DNA of 64,000 bases from Candidatus Omnitrophota bacterium (GTDB taxonomy: Bacteria > Omnitrophota > Gorgyraeia > Pluralincolimonadales > Pluralincolimonadaceae), in the NCBI GenBank assembly GCA_028716565.1, contig JAQUPL010000003.1:66029-130028 (forward strand), in the 5' to 3' direction. Below the pieces are notes generated by a model. The model was not told the DNA's origin and ran no database searches. It was given only the letters and a program-made list of their open reading frames with translations. Shown in pieces: positions 36,986 through 46,352 of the stretch. Both the position numbers and the translations under genes were made by a program. Position 1 is the first letter of the stretch; each line of letters starts with the position of its first letter.

Positions 36986-39538
36986 ATGACACAGAAAGCG
37001 CAATACCCGTCTTTTGATTATATCGGCAGCCCGATCGAGGAGATATTTTCCAAGCTTAAGACCTCCCCGAAGGGCCTCTCTGAGAAAGAAGCGCAGAAGC
37101 GGCTCGAATATTACGGTTTCAACGAACCCGCCAAAAAGAAGAAGAGGACCGTATTAACCGAGATCCTCTCCAAATTCCTGAATCCCCTTGTTATCGTCCT
37201 GGTCATCATCGGGTCGTTTTCCCTTTATTTCGGCTCGCAAATAAGCGCGCTGCTTGTCTTCATGATGATAATATTGAGCGTATTCCTTTCGTTCATACAG
37301 GAACACCGCTCCGAGAAAGCCGCGGAAAAACTGAGCGAGATGGTCCGTACGACCGCGACCGTTTACAGGAACGGCAGGCCCAAAGAAATAAATATCCGCG
37401 AGATAGCGCCGGGCGATATCGTCGACTTGTTCGCGGGCGACATGATACCGGCCGACTTGAGGATAATCTCCTGCAAGGACCTCTTTATTAACCAGGCCTC
37501 GCTGACCGGCGAATCTTTCCCTATAGAAAAAGTCTCGGGGGCGGTCCAGGTAAAATCAGCCTCGATCTCGGAATTGCGCAACATCGCTTTCATGGGCTCA
37601 AGCGTGGTAAGCGGGACTGCGCTCGGCGTAGTCGTAAAGACAGGCATCGCGACGCAATTCGGCGAGATCTCGCGCAAGCTCGCCAACATGAGGATCGAGA
37701 CGAGTTTCGACAGGGGAGTTAACAGCTTTGTCTGGCTTATGATCCGGGTGATGTTGATAATGGTGATGGCCATCTTCGCGATAAACGCGATGCGCGGGCG
37801 CCATTTTATCGATGCGCTCCTTTTCTCCCTAAGCGTCGCGGTCGGCCTTACGCCTGAGATGCTGCCGATGCTTATCACCATCAACCTCTCAAAAGGCGCC
37901 ATAGCGATGTCGAAGAAAGAGGTGATAGTCAAGCGCCTGAACTCCATCCAAAACTTCGGCGCGATGGATGTCATCTGCACCGACAAGACCGGCACGCTGA
38001 CCATGGACCAGATCATACTCGAGAAGCATTGCGATGTGGTGAGGAAAGAGGACCAGGACGTCCTTAAATATGCCTATATAAACAGCTATTACCAGACGGG
38101 CCTGAAGAACCTGCTCGATAAGGCCATACTCAAGCACGAAAAGATAGCGGTTAAGAAGTTCAGGAAAATAGACGAGATGCCTTTCGATTTTTCAAGGAAG
38201 ATCATGTCTGTCGTCGTCGATATGGACAATAGGCACGCACTCATCTCGAAAGGGGCCCCGGAGGAGATATTCAAGCGCTGCACGCATTACGAGCTCGACG
38301 GGGAGATATTCGAGATGGAGCAATGGCTCCTGGCCGACTTGCGGGAGGAGTATGACAGGTTAAGCGCCGACGGTTTCAGGGTCCTGGCCATCGCGTATAA
38401 GGATAGCGACGCGAAGAAAGAGGTATATTCGAAAGACGATGAGCAAGGGTTGGTGCTTAAGGGCTATGTCGCTTTCCTCGACCCGCCGAAGGCGGACGCG
38501 AAAGAGGCCATCGAGGCGCTGACAAAACAAGGCATACAATTCAAGGTCCTGACCGGGGACAACGAGCTCGTCACCCAGAAGATATGCAGCGAGGTAGGCC
38601 TTGGGATAACCGGTCTCGTGCTTGGCGAGCAATTGGAAAAGATGCCTGACGCCGGGCTTCAGGCTGCGGTGGAGACGGCGAACGTCTTTGCCCGCATGTC
38701 GCCCCTCCAGAAGGAAAGGGTGATCAGGGCGCTCCATAAGAATAACCATATAGTCGGTTACCTCGGCGACGGTATAAATGACGCCCCGGCGCTGAAGGCG
38801 TCGGATGTCGGCATCTCCGTGGATAACGCGGTAGATATCGCGAAAGAATCGGCGGATATAATCCTGTTGAGGAAAAACCTCCTCGTCCTCGAAGACGGCG
38901 TGATCGAAGGCAGGAAGACATTCGGGAATATCATCAAATATATAAAGATGGGCTCTAGCTCGAATTTCGGGAACATGTTCAGCATGACAGGGGGAAGCAT
39001 CTTTTTGCCTTTCCTCCCTATGCTTCCCATACAGATACTCCTCAATAATTTCCTCTATGACGTATCGCAGGTGGCGATACCCACCGATGAGGTCGACGGG
39101 GAATATCTCATGAAACCGCGCCCGTGGAACATAAAGGCCGTGAGGAATTTCATGGTGATGATCGGGCCGATAAGCTCGATCTTTGATTTCCTCACGTTCG
39201 GCGTCATGTTGTATGTCTTCAATACCTGGAATAACCCCGCATTGTTCCGCACCGGGTGGTTCATCGAATCGCTTTGCACCCAGACGCTGGTAATACACGT
39301 GATACGCACCGGAAAAATCCCTTTTATAGAAAGCCGCCCGAGCAAGCCGCTGGTATTTATGTCGCTGTTCATAGTCGCGGCAGGCATTTTAATAGCGCTT
39401 TCCCCGGTGGGAAGCCATTTCGGGTTTACCGCGCCGCCGCCTTTATATTTCTTTTTACTCGCGGGGATGGTCCCGGCTTACCTGTTGTCGGTGCAGGCCG
39501 TGAAAACACTATTCGTAAAGAAATTCGGATATGATTAG
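36986..39538 (+). CDS. mgtA: magnesium-translocating P-type ATPase
   Basis: DKTGTLT phosphorylation motif, TGES, GDGINDAPAL, 10-TM topology, ~850 aa. Confidence 0.85.
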   Translation: MTQKAQYPSFDYIGSPIEEIFSKLKTSPKGLSEKEAQKRLEYYGFNEPAKKKKRTVLTEILSKFLNPLVIVLVIIGSFSLYFGSQISALLVFMMIILSVFLSFIQEHRSEKAAEKLSEMVRTTATVYRNGRPKEINIREIAPGDIVDLFAGDMIPADLRIISCKDLFINQASLTGESFPIEKVSGAVQVKSASISELRNIAFMGSSVVSGTALGVVVKTGIATQFGEISRKLANMRIETSFDRGVNSFVWLMIRVMLIMVMAIFAINAMRGRHFIDALLFSLSVAVGLTPEMLPMLITINLSKGAIAMSKKEVIVKRLNSIQNFGAMDVICTDKTGTLTMDQIILEKHCDVVRKEDQDVLKYAYINSYYQTGLKNLLDKAILKHEKIAVKKFRKIDEMPFDFSRKIMSVVVDMDNRHALISKGAPEEIFKRCTHYELDGEIFEMEQWLLADLREEYDRLSADGFRVLAIAYKDSDAKKEVYSKDDEQGLVLKGYVAFLDPPKADAKEAIEALTKQGIQFKVLTGDNELVTQKICSEVGLGITGLVLGEQLEKMPDAGLQAAVETANVFARMSPLQKERVIRALHKNNHIVGYLGDGINDAPALKASDVGISVDNAVDIAKESADIILLRKNLLVLEDGVIEGRKTFGNIIKYIKMGSSSNFGNMFSMTGGSIFLPFLPMLPIQILLNNFLYDVSQVAIPTDEVDGEYLMKPRPWNIKAVRNFMVMIGPISSIFDFLTFGVMLYVFNTWNNPALFRTGWFIESLCTQTLVIHVIRTGKIPFIESRPSKPLVFMSLFIVAAGILIALSPVGSHFGFTAPPPLYFFLLAGMVPAYLLSVQAVKTLFVKKFGYD

Positions 39539-39546
39539 GAGTAGAT

Positions 39547-40284
39547 ATGCAAAAGATTAAAAGATACCTCGGGATCTCGGCGGTGCTCATCATTGTTGCG
39601 GCCACGGCGATAACGCTCTTTTGCGTCTTTTTTGACCAGGCGGTCTTCGTGCGAAAATCCACCGTCTTCCGCGTCAAGACCGATGAGAAGGTCGTGGCCC
39701 TGACTTTCGACGACGGCCCTTCGCCGGCATGGACGCCGCTGATCCTCGACGAGCTTAAAAAAGCCGGCATCAAAGCGACCTTTTTTATGGTGGGAAAACA
39801 CGTGGAGCGGTATCCTGAGATCGCCAAGCGCGTCGCTCGCGAGGGGCACGATATAGAGAACCACGGATACGACCATAGGGTCATGATCTATTATAAAATG
39901 GACGAACTTAAGAAAGAGATAGACGAGACGGAGAAGATCATTAAGGACGTAACCGGCCAGACGACAAGATATTTCAGGCCTCCCAAGGCCTGGCTTAACG
40001 ATACGGAAAAACAAAAGATCAAGGAGATGGGATACGGGATCGTGCTGTGGTCCTTGAACTCCAAGGACTGGGTGACGTTCCACGATAAGCAGATCACATC
40101 ATATATTTCAAGGCATATCAGGCCGGGAGACATCATCCTGTTCCATGACAGCGGAGGGGTATTCAGCACCGAGGGAGGGGACCGCAGGCAGACCGTCAAG
40201 ACCATTCCGCGGCTGGTAAGGAAACTGCAGGAAAAAGGCTACAGGTTCGTGACCGTATCGGAATTATTAAGCGGCAAATTCTAG
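39547..40284 (+). CDS. polysaccharide deacetylase family protein (NodB-type)
   Basis: NodB motifs TFDDGP and HGYDH; N-terminal membrane anchor. Confidence 0.75.
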   Translation: MQKIKRYLGISAVLIIVAATAITLFCVFFDQAVFVRKSTVFRVKTDEKVVALTFDDGPSPAWTPLILDELKKAGIKATFFMVGKHVERYPEIAKRVAREGHDIENHGYDHRVMIYYKMDELKKEIDETEKIIKDVTGQTTRYFRPPKAWLNDTEKQKIKEMGYGIVLWSLNSKDWVTFHDKQITSYISRHIRPGDIILFHDSGGVFSTEGGDRRQTVKTIPRLVRKLQEKGYRFVTVSELLSGKF

Positions 40285-41093
40285 AATTTGTAGCAGCTTT
40301 TCAACTGGAAAAAATGGCCTTTTGGCGCATTTTCGGTGAAGGCGTCATAAAGATAACTGAAGTCAAAACTCATCCCCGAGAACTTCGTGTAGAATTCCGC
40401 CCCGACCGAAAGCGTCTGGCGGGCGCTGTCAGGTACCCTTACTCCGTCCACACTCTTGTCCCGGCTTAGCATCCAGTTTACCGACGGCCCGAGCTTTATG
40501 TCTTTCGTGACGTTGTAGCCGAGAAGATATTGGAGGTGCAACTCGTCGCCGGGCGCGATGTTCTTGTCGTTCTCCAGCCTGAAAAAATATTTCGCTGCGG
40601 CGTCCATGCTGAAATCCTTTACTGTCTTGTGGAAAAAGACGACGGGCCTTATGTCAACCTGGTGCGTGCCGTAGTTGGTGCTCTTGTCCGAGGCGTATTC
40701 ACCGGTAGGCGCCTTCACGAAGAGCATCGGCAGGATATCGACTTCCTTGACCGGCAGGAACCACCCGCCGCCTATCGAGGCGTCGCCAAGGCCGAAGGAA
40801 TTCTTGTCCGTCGACCCGACGTGGACGCCTCCCGCGGGCAGGAGCGCCGTGAACACGAAATCGGGCGAATAGTAGCAAAAACGCAGCAGCTCCTCGACCT
40901 TAAGCAGGTCGTAATCCTTTATGGCCGTCCTGCCCTTGGAGTCGGTCACCTTGTCGGCGGCATAGACGGTGGAGTAGGTGAGGAAGTAGAGCCCCTTGGC
41001 CGCCCGCACCCCGTCATAGAAGTTTACCGCAGCCGCGGTATTTGGTATCATGATAAGTGAGGCAAAGGCCAGGGCCGGGAGCAGTGAACGCAT
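40281..41093 (-). CDS. outer-membrane beta-barrel protein
   Basis: Signal peptide; alternating hydrophobic pattern; C-terminal aromatic residue (…KSCYKF); the only sizeable minus-strand gene in this stretch. Confidence 0.5.
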   Translation of the reverse strand: MRSLLPALAFASLIMIPNTAAAVNFYDGVRAAKGLYFLTYSTVYAADKVTDSKGRTAIKDYDLLKVEELLRFCYYSPDFVFTALLPAGGVHVGSTDKNSFGLGDASIGGGWFLPVKEVDILPMLFVKAPTGEYASDKSTNYGTHQVDIRPVVFFHKTVKDFSMDAAAKYFFRLENDKNIAPGDELHLQYLLGYNVTKDIKLGPSVNWMLSRDKSVDGVRVPDSARQTLSVGAEFYTKFSGMSFDFSYLYDAFTENAPKGHFFQLKSCYKF

Positions 41094-41131
41094 TGTAAAC
41101 CTCCATTAGATTTTATGGTTTACAATTATAT

Positions 41132-42289
41132 ATGAAATATAATATAATGCAAGAGAAAAATAAAATGACGCCTTCATTGTATATACACATACCTTTTTGC
41201 GCGAAAAAGTGCGGTTACTGCGATTTTTACAGCATCAATTATAAAAGAGGCCCGGCGTCCGTTTACGTTGACGTTTTGGGCGGCCAGATGGAAGCTATCC
41301 GCGGCCCGGTCTCGACGATATTCATAGGCGGCGGCACCCCTACGGCGATGGATACGCCGTTATTGAGGAAGCTTTTGCGCGGCGCAAGGAGATTGGCCGC
41401 TGAAGATGCCGAGTTCACGATTGAGGCGAATCCGGAGAGCCTTGACGCCGGAAAACTCGACCTCTTTTTGGATGAAGGGGTCAACAGGTTGAGCATAGGC
41501 GTCCAGTCCTTCAACGACGCGAAATTAAAAAGGCTGGGCAGGATCCACAGCGCAAAGAAAGCGGTGGATGCGGTCATGCTGTCGAGGAAGAGAGGTTTCA
41601 AGAACATCGGCATAGATCTTATATTCGGCGCCCCGGGAGAGACGCCCGAAGACTGTTCCGCCGAAATGGCGCGGGCGGTAAAATTGCCGGTTACTCATGT
41701 TTCATGTTACGGCCTGACCTACGAAAAGGGGACGCCGCTTTACAAGGCGAGAAAAAAAGGCGAGGTCATCCCGGCCGATGAAGGATCTTCGGCGCGGATG
41801 TATTCCCTGGCGCTCGAATATCTTCCCGCGCACGGTTTCCGGCATTACGAGGTATCGAACTTCGCAAAAAAAGGCTTTGAATGCAGGCACAACCTCAATT
41901 ATTGGCGTAACGGCGAGTATATAGGCCTCGGGCCGTCGGCGGTCTCGTATATCGGAGGGGTCAGAAAAAGACATCTGGCCGATGTCCGGGAATATGTCAA
42001 AAGGGCCGAAGCAGGGAAAAGCACGGTAACCTCTTCCGAACGGCTTACCCGGGACCGTAAGGCGAAAGAGACCGCGGCGGTGAAGATAAGGACGGCCGAG
42101 GGGATAGATTTCGGCTGGTTTAAGGAGAAGACCGGGTTCGATCTCAGGGAGCTCGAGGCGGATGCCCTGCGGAAACTTTCCGGCACAGGACTCATTAAAT
42201 ATAAGAAGTTCGCAGGCAAGGGCGCCGGCGTAGCCCTGACGAAAAAAGGGTTCCTCTTTTGCGATACGGTTTCAAGTGAGTTGATATAG
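41132..42289 (+). CDS. hemW: radical SAM heme chaperone HemW / HemN-like
   Basis: LYIHIPFCAKKCGYCDFY (CxxxCxxC) plus a HemN C-terminal domain; the start may be the ATG at 41165. Confidence 0.75.
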   Translation: MKYNIMQEKNKMTPSLYIHIPFCAKKCGYCDFYSINYKRGPASVYVDVLGGQMEAIRGPVSTIFIGGGTPTAMDTPLLRKLLRGARRLAAEDAEFTIEANPESLDAGKLDLFLDEGVNRLSIGVQSFNDAKLKRLGRIHSAKKAVDAVMLSRKRGFKNIGIDLIFGAPGETPEDCSAEMARAVKLPVTHVSCYGLTYEKGTPLYKARKKGEVIPADEGSSARMYSLALEYLPAHGFRHYEVSNFAKKGFECRHNLNYWRNGEYIGLGPSAVSYIGGVRKRHLADVREYVKRAEAGKSTVTSSERLTRDRKAKETAAVKIRTAEGIDFGWFKEKTGFDLRELEADALRKLSGTGLIKYKKFAGKGAGVALTKKGFLFCDTVSSELI

Positions 42290-42364
42290 GGGACACTTTT
42301 CCGATTGTCTCAAGAACCGTCCCTGTGTTATAATTGTAAACAACAAAATAAACGGAGGTAGACG

Positions 42365-42988
42365 ATGAGTGCGATAACTTTGGGCGAAAGATACGCAAAG
42401 ACAAGATACGAGATATTCAAGTGGAGATACCACCTGGCCGAGGCCGAAAAACTGACACTTGCCTTTTTGATGGTCGGCCTTATGGCGGTCCTCGCGCAGG
42501 TGAGGATACCATTGCCGTGGACGCCGGTCCCGATAACGGGCTCGACGTTCGCCGCGCTATTCGCAGGGGTCCTGCTCGGCAATGTCTGGGGCGGGATAAG
42601 TATGCTCTTATATATCGCCCTCGGCGCGGCAGGCCTGCCGGTATTCACCGGTTTTAAAGGCGGCGCGGCCGTCCTGCTGGGGCCGACAGCCGGATATCTG
42701 CTCGGCTATGCGGTGGTCTCGTTTTCTATCGGCTATATTATGGATAATTACGCGAAGGCAAGAAAGTTCCTGCCTCTATTCAACATAATGCTCGTCTCAA
42801 GCGCCGTCATCCTCGCGTTCGGCTCGGCATATCTCGCGATATGGCTGGGCGCGGTAAAAGGGCAGGGCGCCTCTTTAAGCGAGGTCCTCTGGATGGGTTT
42901 CATTCCGTTCATCCCGGGAGACATATTCAAGTCCCTCATCGCGGCACTCATCGCGACCTCGATCATGCCAAAAGAAAATTATAAGTAA
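42365..42988 (+). CDS. bioY: biotin transporter BioY
   Basis: ~200 aa, six TM helices, PITGSTFAALFAGVLLG BioY pattern. Confidence 0.75.
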   Translation: MSAITLGERYAKTRYEIFKWRYHLAEAEKLTLAFLMVGLMAVLAQVRIPLPWTPVPITGSTFAALFAGVLLGNVWGGISMLLYIALGAAGLPVFTGFKGGAAVLLGPTAGYLLGYAVVSFSIGYIMDNYAKARKFLPLFNIMLVSSAVILAFGSAYLAIWLGAVKGQGASLSEVLWMGFIPFIPGDIFKSLIAALIATSIMPKENYK

Positions 42989-43160
42989 TCAAGCATATCC
43001 TCCGCAATTAAATTGCTATAGGACAAGCTGTCACCATAAGTAAGAAGGGCGGTCCGAAAAGGACGGCCCTCTTTTTTTATTGACAAGGTATTGTGATTAT
43101 GATAAGTTTGATAACAAGCATAAATATTATAGTTATTGTAACTATGATAAGTGGGGGTTT

Positions 43161-43427
43161 ATGAAGAAGGATCTCATATCCGCTAAGGAGATAGCCCGGA
43201 AACACAACCTTACCTACCAGACCGTCAACCATTATACTAATTTCGGCTTGATAAACGTCGTCTCGAAGAAGGGGAATGTCCGTCTTTATGCCGAGGAGGA
43301 TACCGCCAGCCGCCTGGCCAGGATAACCCAGCTTATAAACGCGGGCCTTCCTCTGCGCGTTATCCGGAAGGCCCTGGATGAGGAGCTAAGCGTAAAGGTC
43401 TTGAATAACGATACGGGTGCCGCATGA
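43161..43427 (+). CDS. MerR-like helix-turn-helix transcriptional regulator (short)
   Basis: ISAKEIARKHNLTYQTVNHYTNFGLI HTH; upstream TTGACA, two TATGATAAGT direct repeats and a 17-bp palindrome. Confidence 0.45.
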   Translation: MKKDLISAKEIARKHNLTYQTVNHYTNFGLINVVSKKGNVRLYAEEDTASRLARITQLINAGLPLRVIRKALDEELSVKVLNNDTGAA

Positions 43428-43670
43428 CCCGCTGTAGGATTTTGGAGCGCTTTCGTCTTGTTTCAATCGGGGAGATGAAGGCGCTCCTACGTTTTTCCCG
43501 GGTGGAAGGGAAGGATCCGGCTCCGGTGGTGGAGTTTCAATTTGTTACTTCTTCGGTTTTCTGAAACTCCACCTCGGCGCTTATAAGACCGCTCGCCATC
43601 ATTGACATTTTGGATGTTTCCTAGTATACTTGTCAACAATTCGGGTAGGGAGCCATACTAGGGAGAATCG

Positions 43671-44594
43671 ATGGCTAACGAGACAGTTTTCAAGCGTTAC
43701 AGAGGCAATCCTATTATAACGGCGAAAGCCGTTCCCCGCGCTAATTCCATCCATAATAGCGCTATCGTCCGTTTCGGTGATGAATACAGGGGCATATTCC
43801 GGGTCGACGAGATCGACCTGAACTATACCCTTCATCTGGGCAGGAGCAGGGACGGGGTCAAGTGGGATATAGAAGCCGATCCCATAAAGATGAAGAGCGG
43901 CGATCCCGAGGTCTTCGTTACCGACCACAGCTATGACCCGCGCGTCACGAAGCTCGGTGATACCTATTACGTCACATGGTGCAATGCCGGCGCCCAGGGG
44001 CCGTGCATCGGACTTGCCACCACCAAAGATTTCAAGGCGTTCAAGCAGCTGGAGAACCCTCTTCCCCCGGCCAACCGCAACTGCGTCATCTTCCCGGAGA
44101 AGATAGACGGCAAGTTCGCGATGCTCCACAGGCCGAGCGACAGGGGGCACACGCCGTTCGGCGACGTATTTTACGCCGAAAGCCCTGACCTGGTCCACTG
44201 GGGCCACCACAGGTTCGTATTAGGGCCCAAAGGCGGCTGGCAGTCGACCAAGGTAGGCCCGGGGCCGCATCCCATAAGGACTAAAGACGGTTGGCTGCTC
44301 ATATACCACGGCGTATGGACGAGCTGTAACGGCTATATCTACTCGGCCGGCGGCGCGCTCCTCGACCTTAAAAAGCCGTGGAAGGTGCTTTACAGGACGC
44401 GCGATTACCTGATGTACCCGTCCGAGATCTACGAGCGAGTAGGCGATGTGCCGAACGTCCTCTTTCCGAGCTCTGCCGTGGTCGAGGGCGACCGGCTCAG
44501 GCTTTATTACGGGTGCGCCGATACCTGCATAGGCATGGCAGAGGCGAGCGTTTCCGAGATCGTGAAGTTCATAAAGAAACACAGTTTCAAATAA
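43671..44594 (+). CDS. GH130 family glycosidase / mannoside phosphorylase-like
   Basis: YRGNPIIT...NSAIVRFGDEYRGIFRVDE and later beta-propeller blades typical of GH130. Confidence 0.7.
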   Translation: MANETVFKRYRGNPIITAKAVPRANSIHNSAIVRFGDEYRGIFRVDEIDLNYTLHLGRSRDGVKWDIEADPIKMKSGDPEVFVTDHSYDPRVTKLGDTYYVTWCNAGAQGPCIGLATTKDFKAFKQLENPLPPANRNCVIFPEKIDGKFAMLHRPSDRGHTPFGDVFYAESPDLVHWGHHRFVLGPKGGWQSTKVGPGPHPIRTKDGWLLIYHGVWTSCNGYIYSAGGALLDLKKPWKVLYRTRDYLMYPSEIYERVGDVPNVLFPSSAVVEGDRLRLYYGCADTCIGMAEASVSEIVKFIKKHSFK

Positions 44595-44633
44595 TCGGTT
44601 GACAAAAAACGGAAGTTAAGGTATTATTACATA

Positions 44634-44730
44634 GTCATGGTTTCAGGGTTAAGAAGCGTTTTAAGAGCGAGTGAGGGTATAGAAAGATTGAGCCGTAAGG
44701 CAAGATAGTCTAACCTTACGGCTTTTTTTT
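44634..44730 (+). ncRNA. candidate small RNA or attenuated leader
   Basis: TTGACA (44599-44604)-N17-TATTAT (44622-44627) promoter, then ~95 nt ending in a perfect 9-bp GC-rich hairpin GCCGTAAGG/CCTTACGGC plus T8; no plausible ORF. Confidence 0.4.
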
Positions 44731-44773
44731 GTTCTGCCCTTATCTACAATTTTTATCGAAAGGAGGTAATGCA

Positions 44774-44974
44774 GTGGCGACAGGCAAGGTGAAGTGGTTC
44801 AGCAACCAGAAGGGTTATGGTTTCATAACCCCTGAATCGGGTAATGATGTGTTCGTGCATTATAGCGCTATCCAGGGCGACGGTTATAAGACTCTGGAAG
44901 AGGGCCAGGCAGTCAATTTCGACATCGAAAAAGGCGACAAAGGCGAACAAGCTAAAAATGTAACAAAGGCGTAA
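44774..44974 (+). CDS. cspA: cold-shock protein (CspA family)
   Basis: GTG start 6 nt after AGGAGGT; [29 protein letters not shown] contains RNP1/RNP2. Confidence 0.85.
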   Translation: MATGKVKWFSNQKGYGFITPESGNDVFVHYSAIQGDGYKTLEEGQAVNFDIEKGDKGEQAKNVTKA

Positions 44975-44988
44975 GACCCGAAAACAAC

Positions 44989-45020
44989 GGGCCCGCGTCC
45001 AAAGCGCGGGCCCTTTTCTA
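44989..45020 (+). terminator. Rho-independent terminator
   Basis: GGGCCCGCG-TCCAAA-GCGCGGGCCC followed by TTTTCTATTT. Confidence 0.6.
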
Positions 45021-45046
45021 TTTCGGGCGGAAGGAATAGGAGTAAG

Positions 45047-46336
45047 ATGAAGATAGTATTTATTGAACCGCGCTCGACAGAAGCGAATGTATACAGCAGG
45101 ATATCCATGCCCCTTTTGGGACCGATATATCTGGGTACCATACTTAAAGCCCGCGGGCATGAGGTCGAGATATATAACGAGGACATATTCAAGCCGGATT
45201 ACTCCAAATTGGAGGCGGACCTGGTAGGGATCTCGATCCTGACCTCGACCGCGAAACGCGGCTACGAGATAGCTGCCCAATTTCCCAGGGAAAAAGTGAT
45301 AATGGGCGGAGTGCACGCCAGCCTTGTCCCGGAAGAGGCCATAAAATACGCAAGGCAGGTGGTCATCGGCGAGGCCGAAGAGGTCATCGTTGATATCGCC
45401 GAAGGCAGGACCACGGAGCCGATCGTGAAGGGGAGGCCCGTAAAGGACCTCGACGCCCTCCCATACCCGGATTTTTCGTTGATAAAGGGCGACAGGTCGC
45501 GCTGCCTGGCGACGCCCATTTCTACCTCGAGGGGCTGTCCTTACGACTGCAGTTTCTGCTCGGTCACGAAGATGTTCGGGCGCGAATACCGTTTCAGGAG
45601 CGCCAAGAACGTGATGGGAGAGTTAAAGGATAACAAGAAGTCGATATTTTTCTGTGATGACAATTTCGCGGCCAAGCCTTCGCGCACATACGAATTGCTA
45701 AGCCTCCTGATCAAGGACAAAATAAGGGGTTGGTCGTGCCAGGTCCGCTGTGATGTCACCAGGGACGACAAAATACTTGAACTCATGTCCAGGGCCGGCT
45801 GCGGCTCCGTATGCGTCGGTATCGAGTCGGTGAACGAGAAGACCCTTGCCGCCTACGACAAAAAGCAGACGGTGGCCCAGATAATAAACGCGATCAGAGC
45901 GTTCCATAAAAACAGGATCAAGGTCCACGGGATGTTCGTCATCGGCGGCGATGACGACAATATAGCGACCGTATGGGAGACGCTCAAATTCGCGATAAAA
46001 CAGAAGATCGACACCATACAGATGATGGCGCTGACACCGTTCCCGGGGACAAAGGTCTACAAAGACCTCGAATCCCAGAAAAGGATATTCACCAAGGACT
46101 GGAGCCTCTATGACGGGCAGCATTTCGTATTCAAGCCCAAGCTCATATCCGCGAAAGAGCTGCAGTTAAGCGTACTTAAGGCGTACACGGAATTCTACTC
46201 GCTTTCCAGGGCGTTCTCCCTGCTGTTAGGGTTGCACATCAGGAATGCCTTGCACTGCCTAATGGGTTATTCCATCGTCAAAGAGTGGAAAAGGAACAAC
46301 CGCAAGTTTTCGTGGTTGTCTTCCGCGCCGGTTTAA
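45047..46336 (+). CDS. B12-binding domain radical SAM protein (second copy)
   Basis: N-terminal B12-binding fold and CPYDCSFCS radical SAM motif. Confidence 0.7.
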   Translation: MKIVFIEPRSTEANVYSRISMPLLGPIYLGTILKARGHEVEIYNEDIFKPDYSKLEADLVGISILTSTAKRGYEIAAQFPREKVIMGGVHASLVPEEAIKYARQVVIGEAEEVIVDIAEGRTTEPIVKGRPVKDLDALPYPDFSLIKGDRSRCLATPISTSRGCPYDCSFCSVTKMFGREYRFRSAKNVMGELKDNKKSIFFCDDNFAAKPSRTYELLSLLIKDKIRGWSCQVRCDVTRDDKILELMSRAGCGSVCVGIESVNEKTLAAYDKKQTVAQIINAIRAFHKNRIKVHGMFVIGGDDDNIATVWETLKFAIKQKIDTIQMMALTPFPGTKVYKDLESQKRIFTKDWSLYDGQHFVFKPKLISAKELQLSVLKAYTEFYSLSRAFSLLLGLHIRNALHCLMGYSIVKEWKRNNRKFSWLSSAPV

Positions 46337-46352
46337 GATATAATCCCTATCT

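Noticed and set aside
38360-39298. 312-aa minus-strand ORF antisense to mgtA, plus other long antisense ORFs (8397-9068, 9529-10086, 28949-29722, 36385-36987, 51939-52802, 58284-58940)
   Set aside because: All overlap well-supported + strand genes, lack start context, and have Arg-rich or low-complexity composition; treated as spurious.
42300-42364. Possible BirA operator half-site (TTGTAAAC) upstream of bioY
   Set aside because: Only one half-site; no matching inverted partner (GTTTACAA) at suitable spacing.
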